Positions 9,579-22,066 of a stretch of DNA of 64,000 nucleotides are shown piece by piece. The stretch is from contig CAWCNJ010000007.1 in the NCBI GenBank assembly GCA_963796955.1, positions 60,632-124,631 of the forward strand, read 5' to 3'. The translations under genes and the position numbers were made by a program. The first letter of the stretch is position 1, and every line of letters begins with the position of its first letter. A model generated the notes under the pieces. That model was not told the origin of the DNA and did not search any database. It saw nothing but the letters and a program-made list of their open reading frames with translations. This DNA is from Endomicrobiales bacterium (GTDB lineage: Bacteria > Elusimicrobiota > Endomicrobiia > Endomicrobiales > JALOBY01).

Positions 9579-10092
9579 CTCCAGCATCACCGTGCTGGGG
9601 GTGGATCCGGGCCTTTCCATGTGCGGCTGGGGGGTTGTGCACCGTAGCGGACGTAATCTTCTATCGATGCTGGATTACGGCTGTATAAAGACCGGTCCCG
9701 AAACCTGCCTTCCGATGCGTCTTCGCACCATCAGTGAAACCCTGAACGCTCTTATAGAAAAATACGCTCCTCAAGTGATGGCCGTTGAGGAGTTGTTTTT
9801 TTCCAAGGAAGCCCGTACCGTGGCGGCTGTCGCGCAGGCGAGAGGAGTTATACTGCTTTCAGCCAGCTCCCACGACCTGCCTGTTCACGAATACAACCCG
9901 CGGCACGTAAAGATATCTCTTACCGGTTTCGGCTCGGCAGAAAAACAACAGATCCAGCATATGGTAAAAGCCATGCTCTGCCTGCCGGTGATCCCCAAAC
10001 CGGACGATGCCGCTGATGCGCTGGCGATAGCTATCACCCATTTGAACACGGGCGAGAGCGGCTACGCCAAAGCCCTGAGGGCTGCAAAATGA
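9556..10092 (+). CDS. ruvC: Holliday junction resolvase RuvC
   Basis: LGVDPG, AVEELFF, PDDAADALAIA; TTG start inferred. Confidence 0.93.
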   Translation: MKTPTQSNSSITVLGVDPGLSMCGWGVVHRSGRNLLSMLDYGCIKTGPETCLPMRLRTISETLNALIEKYAPQVMAVEELFFSKEARTVAAVAQARGVILLSASSHDLPVHEYNPRHVKISLTGFGSAEKQQIQHMVKAMLCLPVIPKPDDAADALAIAITHLNTGESGYAKALRAAK

Positions 10093-10710
10093 TAACCCAT
10101 CTTCGCGGTATTATCGACTCCAGATCTGAGGGTCGTGTTGTTTTAGAGGCGGGCGGCGTCGGGTATGAGATATTTGTCGCATTCGCCACGCTTGAAAAAC
10201 TTCCGGTCGTGGGAGCCGAAGCTAAACTATATATCATTGAATCTATGGCGATGTACGGCGGCGCGGTAAGCCTGTATGGTTTTGCTACCTCTGAGGAGCG
10301 CGAAATATTCCTTCTTTTAAGAGAGCATGTTCCCGGGGCCCGGCGCTAAAAAGGCCCTTGAATACCTTGATAAAATTTCCAAGTCGCTCCCCGATTTCAG
10401 CCGCGCCATAGAGCTTAAAGACGCGGGAATGCTGGTCTCGGTTTTCGGTTTTACCAAAAAGACAGCCGACAAATTAATAGCCGCCCTTAAAGATAAACTT
10501 GAGCAATTCCCAGCTTCGCCCGCCGGAGCAAAATGGGTTCCCGCGGCTCCCGGCAGCATTCAAGACGAAGCTGTTTCAGCGCTGGTCTCTCTCGGCTTTA
10601 AACCGGTGCACGCCCGCGGCGCAGTTGAAGACGCTCTGGCAAAAGATCCAAAGGCCGGCACGGAAACACTTATACGCAACTCGCTGCAATATCTTTCACA
10701 GGGGAAATAA
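10089..10710 (+). CDS. ruvA: Holliday junction branch migration protein RuvA, frameshifted near 10340 (probable sequencing error)
   Basis: MITHLRG..GGVGYEI..LYGF in ORF 10089-10349 continues as GAKKAL..EAVSALVSLGF in ORF 10327-10710; one extra C in GGGGCCCGGC. Confidence 0.9.
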
Positions 10711-11748
10711 ATGGTTGATTTTGACCCTAATCGTTTTATAGCGCCGGAACCGCAGCCCGAAGAATCCCGGGTTGAAAACACGCTGAGGCCCCAAACACTC
10801 GACGAATTCGTCGGACAGACCGCGATGAAAGCCAACCTAAGGGTTTTTATAGAAGCCGCACGCAAACGCGGTCAGGCGCTGGACCATTGCCTGTTTTACG
10901 CCCCGCCGGGCCTTGGCAAAACTACGCTCGCCCATATTATTTCCAGGGAGATGGGCGGCAATATGCGCAGCACCTCCGGCCCGGTCCTGGAGCGCGTGGG
11001 CGACCTTGCCGCTATCCTTACCAATCTCGCCGAAGGCGATATCTTCTTTATCGACGAGATACACCGCATGAACCATCTGGTGGAAGAAGCGTTATACCCC
11101 GCGATGGAAGATTATGAGCTGGATATCATCATCGGGCAGGGCCCGGCCGCCAAGACGATCAAACTGCCGCTGCCGCGTTTTACGCTGATAGGCGCAACTA
11201 CCAGAGCCGGCCTTTTGTCCAGCCCGCTGCGTGACCGTTTCGGCATAGTGCAGCACCTTGAATTTTACAGTCTGGAAGAGCTTTCAATAATTGTAAAACG
11301 CTCGGCCGAGATCTTGCAGATCAAAGCTGAAAAAGAAGGCATCGCCGAGATCGCACGCAGGTCCCGCGGAACACCCCGCATCGCTAACCGTCTGCTGCGC
11401 CGCGTGCGGGATTTCGCCGAGGTAAGATCAGGCGGCATAATAACGGATAAGATCGCCGCTGAGTCACTTGAATCCTTGGAAGTGGACGCCTCAGGACTTG
11501 ACCGCATGGACAGGCGCATATTGCAGACCGTTATAGAAAAATTCAGCGGCGGCCCGGTCGGTATAGAAACGATCGCAGTAGCGGTCTCCGAGGAAGTGGA
11601 CACGATAACCGACGTCTATGAACCTTTCCTTATACAAAGCGGTTTTATGGTTCGCACGCCCCGCGGCCGTATGGTCACCGGCCGCGCCTACGATCACTTG
11701 CATATCAAAAAACCCGAAGGCCGCGGCTCTCAAGAGCCCTTACTGTGA
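10711..11748 (+). CDS. ruvB: Holliday junction branch migration DNA helicase RuvB
   Basis: [43 protein letters not shown]. Confidence 0.97.
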   Translation: MVDFDPNRFIAPEPQPEESRVENTLRPQTLDEFVGQTAMKANLRVFIEAARKRGQALDHCLFYAPPGLGKTTLAHIISREMGGNMRSTSGPVLERVGDLAAILTNLAEGDIFFIDEIHRMNHLVEEALYPAMEDYELDIIIGQGPAAKTIKLPLPRFTLIGATTRAGLLSSPLRDRFGIVQHLEFYSLEELSIIVKRSAEILQIKAEKEGIAEIARRSRGTPRIANRLLRRVRDFAEVRSGGIITDKIAAESLESLEVDASGLDRMDRRILQTVIEKFSGGPVGIETIAVAVSEEVDTITDVYEPFLIQSGFMVRTPRGRMVTGRAYDHLHIKKPEGRGSQEPLL

Positions 11749-12359
11749 TGCCCGAGAAACTTCTTTTGCACCAATGCTGTGCGCCGTGCTCATTTAAAGT
11801 CATTGAGTCGTTCTCAAAAAATTATTCGATCACAGGTTTCTGGTATAACCCCAATATTCACCCAGAGGTAGAGCACATCAGCCGCAATGAAGCTTTGTTG
11901 AGCCTGAATAGATCTAAGAATATCGAAACACTGAGCTCCCCGGAAATGACGGAGAAAGAATGGTGCGCTGGCGCGCCGTTAACTGTTCCGGAACGCTGCG
12001 CGTATTGTTACGAATTGCGTTTAAATAAAACCGCTGAAGCGGCAAAGAACGCCGGTCTAGGCGCCTTCAGTACAACTCTTTTAATAAGTCCGTTCCAAAA
12101 GCACGAATTGGTCAAAGATATCGGCGCAACTGCCGCGAAGAAACATGGGGTGGCGTTCGTTTATCAGGATATGCGCCCGCTTTACTACGAAAGCAAACAG
12201 GCGGCCCGTGACCGCGGCTTTTATATACAAAAATACTGCGGCTGCTCATCTTCTAAGGTAGAGCGTGAAATAGAGAAACTAGAAAAAAAACGACCGAGCG
12301 TCATGACACCCGTAAGTGCGGCAGCGACCAAGTCCCCAGAGGGGAAATGCGAAAGTTAA
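11745..12359 (+). CDS. queH: Epoxyqueuosine reductase QueH (DUF208)
   Basis: [42 protein letters not shown]. Confidence 0.9.
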   Translation: MMPEKLLLHQCCAPCSFKVIESFSKNYSITGFWYNPNIHPEVEHISRNEALLSLNRSKNIETLSSPEMTEKEWCAGAPLTVPERCAYCYELRLNKTAEAAKNAGLGAFSTTLLISPFQKHELVKDIGATAAKKHGVAFVYQDMRPLYYESKQAARDRGFYIQKYCGCSSSKVEREIEKLEKKRPSVMTPVSAAATKSPEGKCES

Positions 12360-13492
12360 TAAGTAGTTTTATCATCCCGCTTCTGTTCCAAGTGCCATTG
12401 CTTGCGGCGCCCCGCCTGCCGGAGACCATCGTTAAGGTAGGTATTGTGCAGCTCGCCCCTTCAGTGAACCTGAGCAGCGAAGGCAACTATTCTATGTATG
12501 AGATCAACAGCGGCGAGCAGACAAAGATCCAGCCGCTGAATGATTATCTGGTAAAGGCGGATGGACATCACATAATGATGAACGGGAAAGGCTTTCTTTC
12601 TCCTGTGCGAATTGTTTCAGAGGATGAAAACGCAAGTATCAGGGTGAACGGCCGCCGTTACCGGGATAATGTTATCATTCGCGCCATAGACGGTAAGCTA
12701 ACGGTGATAAATGAACTCGGCATAGAAGATTACCTGCGCGGTGTGCTGCCCATGGAGATAGACAAGGGCTGGCCCGAGCAATCGCTGAAAGTTCAGGCGG
12801 TCATCAGCCGCACGTACCTGCTGCGTAACTTGCGCAAACATGAGAAAGACGGCTTCGACCTTTGCTCCGGCGTGCACTGTCAGGTTTACGGCGGTATGGA
12901 ACCCGAGCAGAAAGCCACTAATGATGCTATAGAGAAAACGAGAGGGGAAGTGCTTGTATACGACGGCAAGCTGGCGCAAGCCTTGTTCTTCGCCCAGTGC
13001 GGCGGCCATACTGAAGATCCCAAGTACGTTTGGAAGTGGGAAGCCGACACTCCGGAATACCTGAAAGGCCGCAAATGCACCTTCTGCAAGGATTGTAAAC
13101 ACCAGAACTGGAAAACCCGTGTCAATACTGAAACCATCCGCACCCGTCTGGAAAAAGCCGGTTTTAACGTCGGCCAGATAAAGAAAATTTCCACCTCCGG
13201 CAAAACTCCTTCCGGCAGGGCCCTTACTATTGTGGTAAAAAGCAGCAAAGGCAAGCTGCAAATACCCTCCGGCAAATTCCGCATGGCCCTATCTCCTGAC
13301 GTCGTACGCAGCACCATGATAACCGATATAGTCCGTTACGGCGACGAATACGAGTTCCGCGGCCACGGCTGGGGCCACGGCATAGGCCTGTGCCAATGGG
13401 GCTGCAAAGTAATGGGCGAAAAGAACTACGATTATCAGGAAATAATCCATTATTATTACCCGGGTGCTAAAGTAGAAAAATGGGAAGAGTAA
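12347..13492 (+). CDS. SpoIID/LytB domain peptidoglycan lytic protein
   Basis: INELGIEDYLRGVLPME, QAVISRTY, CQVYGG, GHGWGHGIGLCQWG, IIHYYYPG; signal peptide. Confidence 0.9.
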   Translation: MRKLISSFIIPLLFQVPLLAAPRLPETIVKVGIVQLAPSVNLSSEGNYSMYEINSGEQTKIQPLNDYLVKADGHHIMMNGKGFLSPVRIVSEDENASIRVNGRRYRDNVIIRAIDGKLTVINELGIEDYLRGVLPMEIDKGWPEQSLKVQAVISRTYLLRNLRKHEKDGFDLCSGVHCQVYGGMEPEQKATNDAIEKTRGEVLVYDGKLAQALFFAQCGGHTEDPKYVWKWEADTPEYLKGRKCTFCKDCKHQNWKTRVNTETIRTRLEKAGFNVGQIKKISTSGKTPSGRALTIVVKSSKGKLQIPSGKFRMALSPDVVRSTMITDIVRYGDEYEFRGHGWGHGIGLCQWGCKVMGEKNYDYQEIIHYYYPGAKVEKWEE

Positions 13493-13537
13493 AATAACGT
13501 CTAACGCCTACAACCTGGCTCGTGGTGGCGGCGCGAT

Positions 13538-13777
13538 GTTGTTTAGGTTTTACCCGGCCTCAGTAGCTGCATTTCGGTCGGCATATTCTGCGGTCGCGAA
13601 CTTGCCCCGCACCCCTATTCAAAAGACTTTTGAGCGGGGCTTCAAACAGGCGCACCCCAAGAGTACTTGGTCGCTGGCGTGCCTGCGGCACTCCATAACG
13701 CTCGGGCGCTACCGAAGGAAAGAATATGCCGCCCTCATTGACGCAGCAAGTTCGGCCTACGGTCAAACCTAAACAAC
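13538..13777. repeat. Long imperfect palindromic element 1 (~240 bp)
   Basis: Terminal inverted repeat GTTGTTTAGGTTT/AAACCTAAACAAC; nested pairs GCTGC/GCAGC, GGCATATTCT/AGAATATGCC, GCCCCGC/GCGGGGC. Confidence 0.75.
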
Positions 13778-13831
13778 CTCGGTCAATTAAGAAATGTGCT
13801 GTGTCTGATGATAAAATCGACGCAGAAATGA

Positions 13832-14012
13832 GCAGTTGTTTGTGCGGAGTAAATCCCTTTAGCCGACTATGAGGTGAGCGATCTTCATTCCTTCGGCTCA
13901 GTTGTTTGAGCCCCACTCCAAAGTCTTTTGAATAGGGTGTGGGGCGAGTTCTGAGCCGGCGAAGATCGTGATCCGAAATGGCTATACGGATTTACGGAGT
14001 ACAAGCAACTGC
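13832..14012. repeat. Long imperfect palindromic element 2 (~181 bp), sharing an inverted ~50-nt core with element 1
   Basis: GCAGTTGTTTGTGC/GTACAAGCAACTGC, GTAAATCC/GGATTTAC, CGATCTTC/GAAGATCG, GGCTCAG/CTGAGCC, GCCCCAC/GTGGGGC. Confidence 0.75.
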
Positions 14013-14073
14013 GAATTAAGAGCTCCGAGTTGTCCGAAAAAATCGAACAACTGAAATCGCAAACAGAGATATA

Positions 14074-16334
<2,261 letters not shown>

Positions 16335-16338
<4 letters not shown>

Positions 16339-17409
16339 AAAAGATCATTTCAATGCTGTTCGCGGTAACCTTCATGTGTAGCGCATTCATAGTGCCCGCT
16401 CACGCAAAAAAAGATTCGGCTGAGCTGTCGGCTATTCGTTCGCTCTTAAAGGATTCCGACCGCGAAGTGCGCCTGGCGGCTGCCGAAGCCTTAAGCCAGC
16501 TGGGGGATAAAGAATCTCTTCCCGCGATCAAGGCGATGCTGTCCGAAACCGGCGATTCGGCACGGCTTCGCGTCGCGATAGATCTGCAGCGGCTCGGTGA
16601 CGAGCAGGGTTTGTCCGAGATCCATAAAATACTCGCATCTGTGCCTGCATCTCTCCGAAAATCCAAAACCACTTGAACGGGCCAGGGCTGTTGCAAAAGG
16701 CACCATACGCGCAGAAGCTGCGCGCGCTATCGGCATGCTGAAAGATACGGCGGGGATGTCCCTGCTGCGCCAGACCGCGATGGATGAAGACGGAAGGGTG
16801 GCTGACGCCTCTGTTATAGCGCTGGCTAAACTGGGCGAATCATCCGGCACCAAACAATTTATTTCGGCCCTTGAAAGCACTAAGCAGGGTGTGCGCGCCA
16901 AAGCCGCAGACGCATTGGCCGAGATCGGCGATCTTTCAGCCGCCCCGGCCCTTCGTAAACGTCTGAAAGACTGGGACCGCGACGCGAAATTATCCGCGGC
17001 GCTTGCCCTTGCGAAACTGCGCGACCTTGAAAGCATGCCGGCCATACGGGAATTATTGTGGGATAAAGAAGACATCGTGCGCGAGAAGGCCGCCATCGCC
17101 CTGGGCTTTATGGGCAGTGTGGATGCTGTCGCACCGCTGAAGGATGCCATAAAAGATGCCAACGGCTATGTAAGGATCGCCGCCGCCGAGGCTATGTACA
17201 AACTGGGCGATGTGACCGGCAAAGAAGTTGTCGTTGAAGCGCTGAACGCGCCGGACCAGGACGCGAAACTCAGGGCCCTTGGCGTGCTGGAAGTGATGGG
17301 TGACAAGAAAGACATCCCCGAACTGAAAAAAATCATGGAGAACGATACGGATAAAACGGTAGTGATAAAAGCAGCCAAGGTAATTGCTCTCATTAAAAAC
17401 AAAAACTAA
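16335..17409 (+). CDS. Exported HEAT-repeat (PBS-lyase-like) protein, frameshifted near 16650
   Basis: Signal peptide ending PAHA; repeats VRLAAAEALSQLGD, VRAKAADALAEIGD, VREKAAIALG, VRIAAAEAMYKLGD across ORFs 16335-16676 and 16597-17409. Confidence 0.8.
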
Positions 17410-17419
17410 GGAGAAACAT

Positions 17420-17797
17420 ATGAAAAGCATAATTTTGTTGACGTTGGTCAGTATCACAGCTCTAACATCAAAGGCGCACGCCGCCGGCGCGCAGGGTGGG
17501 GACGCTTTCAGCAGCTTTATCCCGCTGATCGTTATTTTCGGTATTTTCTATTTCCTGGTCATACGCCCTCAGCAGAAGCGCGCCAAAGAGCATGACGAGC
17601 AGCTTAAGGCCCTTAAGAAGGACGATAAAATTATATCGACCGGCGGCATTTACGGCACCATTACCGCGGTTCGTGAGAACATCCTTGAAGTAAAAATCGC
17701 CGATAACGTTAAGGTTCAGATGGCGCGCAGCGCGGTGAGCGACATTGTTAAAGACGAAGTAAAGACGGAAGTGGTAACGCCGACGATCGTAAAATAA
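17420..17797 (+). CDS. yajC: Preprotein translocase subunit YajC
   Basis: IFYFLVIRPQQKR, LKKDDKIISTGGIYG; TAAGGAG RBS. Confidence 0.95.
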   Translation: MKSIILLTLVSITALTSKAHAAGAQGGDAFSSFIPLIVIFGIFYFLVIRPQQKRAKEHDEQLKALKKDDKIISTGGIYGTITAVRENILEVKIADNVKVQMARSAVSDIVKDEVKTEVVTPTIVK

Positions 17798-17830
17798 TAG
17801 AGTAAACTAACTACACGGAAAGGAACGCGT

Positions 17831-19247
17831 ATGAACAAGTTGACGATGAAGATCATCCTTATTGTTTCTCTGGTCGGGCTGTCGTTGTTCTTTCTGTATC
17901 CCACGTGGGATTGGTACCATACGCCGCAGGCCGAGCGTGAAACGAAAGAGAAGATGAAGGATCCCAGCATTGCCAAGGTACTTAACCTGGGTCTTGACCT
18001 CAGGGGCGGAACGCATCTGCTTATGGAACTGGACCCTTCCAAGCTTGAGGCCGGCACGGACATCAATGATGCCCTTGACCGCGCCATTGAGATCATCCGC
18101 AACCGTGTTGACCAGTTCGGCGTCTCCGAGCCTTTGATCACCCGTCAGGGCGACCGCTGGATCGTGGTGCAGCTGCCCGGTATCAAGGATTCTGCGCGCG
18201 CCAAGGACCTGATCGGAAAGACAGCGCTGCTGGAATTCCGTATGGTAGATACCAACCCGGTGCTCAACGATATAATAACCAAGCTGCGCGATAAGAATGC
18301 CACCCCCGCTGATATAGCCAAATTCCCCGAGATCGCAAAGATGCTTCCTGCCGGCTACGAAATTATGCCCGGTAAGGAAGACCGGTATTACCTGGTAAAA
18401 TCCTCGCCCGAAATGACAGGTGCCTACCTTACGAACGCCAAAGTGCAGATGGGCGGTGAGTACGGATATCCGTATGTCAGTATTGAATTCAACCGCGAAG
18501 GCGGCCGAATATTTGCGAATGTCACAGAAGCGAATATAGAAAAAAATATGGCGATAGTGCTGGACGGCATGGTACAAAGCCGCCCCGGTTATCCGCAGCC
18601 GTATTCCGGACGGGAAAGCGATCATCGAAGGTAACTTCACGATGGACGATGCCAAGCTGCTGGCGACCATTCTGCGGGCCGGCGCCCTGCCCGCCCCGGT
18701 GCGCATTATCGAAGAACGTACCGTCGGACCTTCACTCGGCGAAGACTCTATCAAGGCCGGGCTCATGTCGTGCGCCGTGGGCGCGCTGCTGGTCGTTATC
18801 TTCATGGCGGTCTATTACGGGACGTCCGGAATGATAGCGAACTTCGCGCTGATGCTTAACCTGCTGTTCATGATGGGCATCATGGCATACTTCCATTTTA
18901 CCCTTACCCTGCCCGGTATCGCCGGTATCGCCTTAACGCTCGGTATCGCCGTGGATGCGAACGTACTGATACTTGAACGCGTCCGCGAAGAGCTGACCGC
19001 CGGAAAGACCCACCGGGTCGCGCTGGATGCCGGTTATAACAAAGCCTGGGTAACGATCCTTGACTCGCACATGACGGAACTTATAGCGGCGCTCTTCCTG
19101 TTCCAGTTCGGCACGGGGCCCATAAAAGGCTTCGCGGTCTCGCTGACCATCGGTGTGCTGCTGTCCCTCTTCTCTGCGATCGTGGTCAGTAAGGTTATTT
19201 ACGATATCCTGTTCCAGGAAGGGATCATCGACGAGATACATATTTAA
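17831..19247 (+). CDS. secD: Protein translocase subunit SecD, frameshifted near 18581
   Basis: LGLDLRGG, IRNRVDQFGVSEP, AIVLDG; then LRAGALPAP, TVGPSLG, LTLPGIAG, AVDANVLILER, GPIKGFA; one extra C at AGC(C)GCCCCG. Confidence 0.95.
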
Positions 19248-19272
19248 TTTCAATTAGACAACGGAGGTCACG

Positions 19273-20211
19273 GTGCACATTATCGGCAAAACAAACATTG
19301 ACTTTATCGGCCATCGCTTTGTACCTTACGCGATAACAACCCTGCTTATACTCGCTGGTGTCTTTTCGCTCATAGTGCGCGGCGGCCCGAATTACGGTAT
19401 CGATTTCACCGGCGGCGTTCTGGCGCAGGTCTCATCCAATAAATCCGTTCCCATCAATGATGTACGCGCGGCCCTTGAGACCACCTATCCGGGGCTGGAG
19501 CTGCAGAGCGCGGGCGCGACAGCGATCATCATACGTGCGAAAGGCGCACAGCAGCATTCCGATACCTTCGGCACGAACGTCGGTGAATTGCTGAACCAGA
19601 AGATACAGGGAACGGTCTTTACCGTTGACCGTACCGAGTATGTCGGCGCGACGGTAGGGAAACACCTGGTCAAACAGGCCTTCCTCGCCATCATCTTCTC
19701 CTTTGTCGGCATTATTATCTACATAGCGTTCCGCTTCCGTTCTGTTATCTGGGGCAGCGCCGGCGTATTCGCCCTGATGCACGACGTGTTCATTGTTTTC
19801 GGTATGTTCTGCCTGATGAATAAAGAGATCAATCTTAACATCATCGCGGCATTGCTTACGCTGGCAGGTTACTCCATAAATGACACGATCGTTGTTTTCG
19901 ACCGTATTCGTGAGAATATCCGCCTTATGCCGAAGGCCGATCTCGGCACCGTGATCAATGAGTCGGTCAACCAGACGTTATCACGCACCATCATAACCTC
20001 TGTGACCGTTTTCCTCGTCTGTCTCGGCCTGTACTTTTTCGGCGGAGAAGTGCTGCACGGTTTTTCGCTTGCCATGCTTATGGGTGTTATCATAGGTACG
20101 TATTCTTCGATCTTTGTTGCAAGCCCGATCATATATGAGTGGGACCAGTACAAATTGCGCAAATTGAAAGAACGCGCCGCCCGCCGCGCCGTCAGTATCA
20201 AAAAGAAATAA
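19273..20211 (+). CDS. secF: Protein translocase subunit SecF
   Basis: GIDFTGG, HDV, GYSINDTIVVFDRIRE, TLSRTIITS, GTYSSIFVA. Confidence 0.96.
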   Translation: MHIIGKTNIDFIGHRFVPYAITTLLILAGVFSLIVRGGPNYGIDFTGGVLAQVSSNKSVPINDVRAALETTYPGLELQSAGATAIIIRAKGAQQHSDTFGTNVGELLNQKIQGTVFTVDRTEYVGATVGKHLVKQAFLAIIFSFVGIIIYIAFRFRSVIWGSAGVFALMHDVFIVFGMFCLMNKEINLNIIAALLTLAGYSINDTIVVFDRIRENIRLMPKADLGTVINESVNQTLSRTIITSVTVFLVCLGLYFFGGEVLHGFSLAMLMGVIIGTYSSIFVASPIIYEWDQYKLRKLKERAARRAVSIKKK

Positions 20212-20231
20212 CCGTTCTGGAGCGCGTATTC

Positions 20232-20810
20232 TTGAATAAGATAAAGAATTACAAGATCAACCTGCGCCAGGCCTGTATTCTGCGTATCCTGAAGAATACA
20301 ACACAAGTCTCACAGATCACTCCGCAGTTGGAGGAGGCCGTTACAAACGAGATCGCACGGGTGCAGGCGGTTTCTACCCCGGCGGCCGGTTTTGTAACGC
20401 TGATGCGCGACAAAGTACCTGTAGAACTGGCTGGTAACGCGTTGGCTAACTGGGTAGCCGCCACCCTGTATCTGGTTACCATTGGCCCGAAGATAGAATC
20501 TGAAATAGCCGAAGCCCGCTCGCGCGGCGAGTCCATACTCGGCAACATATTGCATGCCAGCGCCATGGAAGCGCTGGAGCAGTCCGTGAATTTCGTTTAC
20601 CGCCTGGTAACGGATGAGGCGAAAGACGAAGAATGCGAGTTGTCTTCACGGGACGCTCTGACGCTGGATGAAACAGCATCAGCGCGTTTCGCGGAACTTA
20701 TCGACCCGGAAAAGATCGGTGTAAGCTCTATAATCGGTGATAACCGAACTCCCGCGTATACCGCCTGCGGCATTATCTACTGGACCCCGGTTAAGAAACG
20801 TAAAAAATAG
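20232..20810 (+). CDS. Hypothetical protein resembling a stand-alone B12-dependent methionine synthase activation domain
   Basis: VTIGPKIE..ILHASAMEALEQ..KIGVS..PAYTACGII pattern; TTG start after GGAG inferred. Confidence 0.5.
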   Translation: MNKIKNYKINLRQACILRILKNTTQVSQITPQLEEAVTNEIARVQAVSTPAAGFVTLMRDKVPVELAGNALANWVAATLYLVTIGPKIESEIAEARSRGESILGNILHASAMEALEQSVNFVYRLVTDEAKDEECELSSRDALTLDETASARFAELIDPEKIGVSSIIGDNRTPAYTACGIIYWTPVKKRKK

Positions 20811-20812
20811 TA

Positions 20813-22066
20813 ATGATATATCTTTACAACCTTATCCTCGCCGTTTTCTTTATTCCGGCGTTGCTGGCGCTGGCATTCCGCTACCGCGCCAACCTTCGAA
20901 AACAATATCTTACCTTCCTTCCTCAACGCTTCGGTGCCTGGGACACAAAAGCTTTGGCACGTGACAGCGGCAAACCGCTGTTGTGGGTCCACTGCGCCTC
21001 TCTCGGCGAAGTACGGGCGGTGGAACCGCTTATACTGAAATTACAGGATTACCGCATCCTGCTTACCGTGCTCACCTTTTCCGGCAGGGCTTACGCTTTT
21101 GAACGCAAACTGACCGAGCACCTTTACTTCGCGCCGTTGGATTTTTCATTTATCGTCCGCCGCCTTATGAAAACGTTAAAACCAAAAGGACTGGTGCTTA
21201 TAGAAACAGAGCTTTGGCCGGGCATGCTGGACGGTGCACGTTCAGAGCATGTGCCGGTCATGATCGTCAACGCCCGTTTATCGAACCGGTCATTTCCTAT
21301 ATATCACGCCATGCGCGGTTTTTGGCACGCCTTCCTGAAGGATGTTTCGGCTGTCTGGGCCCGTTCAGAGGACGACGGCGTACGGTTCGCCCGGCTTGGT
21401 GTTGATCCTTCCAGGGTGCAGGTTACCGGGAACATTAAATACGACCGCGTCTTTTCATCCGGCGGTTTCAGCCGTGATAAGGCCGGGTATTCGCCCGAGG
21501 ATATCGTAATAGTTGCCGGCTCCACACGGGGTGGCGAGAACGAATTAATAGCCGAAGCCTGGCAGAGTTTACGCGCGCATCAGGGAAAGCTGAAACTGAT
21601 ATTAGCGCCCCGTCACATTGAACGCGTCCGTTCCATAGAACGGCATCTGACGTCGCACGGTGTTGCCTACGGCAAATATTCATTGCAGCAAACGGCGGAT
21701 TGCCTGCTGCTGGATACCTTTGGAGACCTGCAGAAATTCTATTCGATCGCCGATATTTCTTTTGTCGGCGGCTCTCTGGTGGCGAAAGGGGGACAAAACC
21801 CCATTGAACCCGCGGCCTTCGGTTCGGCTATCGTGTTCGGGCCGCACATGGATAATTTCGAGACTGAGGCGGATCTACTGGTTAGTTCCGGCGCGGCACG
21901 CCAACTGGAAAACGGTAGAGGGCTTGCGCAGACGTTGAAAGAACTTACGGAAGACGCCGCCTTAAGAAAACAGATCGGTGACAACGCCAAAAAGGTGGTT
22001 GAAGGCCAGAAGGGCGCGATAGCACGCACAAAAGAGTTGATCGACAATGTTATCAACACTCGCTAG
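20813..22066 (+). CDS. waaA: 3-deoxy-D-manno-octulosonic acid (Kdo) transferase
   Basis: WVHCASLGE, ETELWP, NARLS, TGNIKYD, APRHIER, GGSLVAKGGQNPIEPA. Confidence 0.95.
   Translation: MIYLYNLILAVFFIPALLALAFRYRANLRKQYLTFLPQRFGAWDTKALARDSGKPLLWVHCASLGEVRAVEPLILKLQDYRILLTVLTFSGRAYAFERKLTEHLYFAPLDFSFIVRRLMKTLKPKGLVLIETELWPGMLDGARSEHVPVMIVNARLSNRSFPIYHAMRGFWHAFLKDVSAVWARSEDDGVRFARLGVDPSRVQVTGNIKYDRVFSSGGFSRDKAGYSPEDIVIVAGSTRGGENELIAEAWQSLRAHQGKLKLILAPRHIERVRSIERHLTSHGVAYGKYSLQQTADCLLLDTFGDLQKFYSIADISFVGGSLVAKGGQNPIEPAAFGSAIVFGPHMDNFETEADLLVSSGAARQLENGRGLAQTLKELTEDAALRKQIGDNAKKVVEGQKGAIARTKELIDNVINTR

Noticed and set aside
12347..13492. Sporulation capacity from the SpoIID-like gene
   Set aside because: SpoIID/LytB proteins next to queA are common in non-sporulating bacteria.
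13536..13916. ORFs 13536-13772 (+) and 13560-13916 (-)
   Set aside because: They coincide with the palindromic elements and have no RBS or recognisable protein features.
13832..14012. 6S RNA
   Set aside because: Length and rod shape fit, but it shares an inverted core with the adjacent element, has no evident promoter or terminator and is not in a typical ssrS context. Not called without cmscan.
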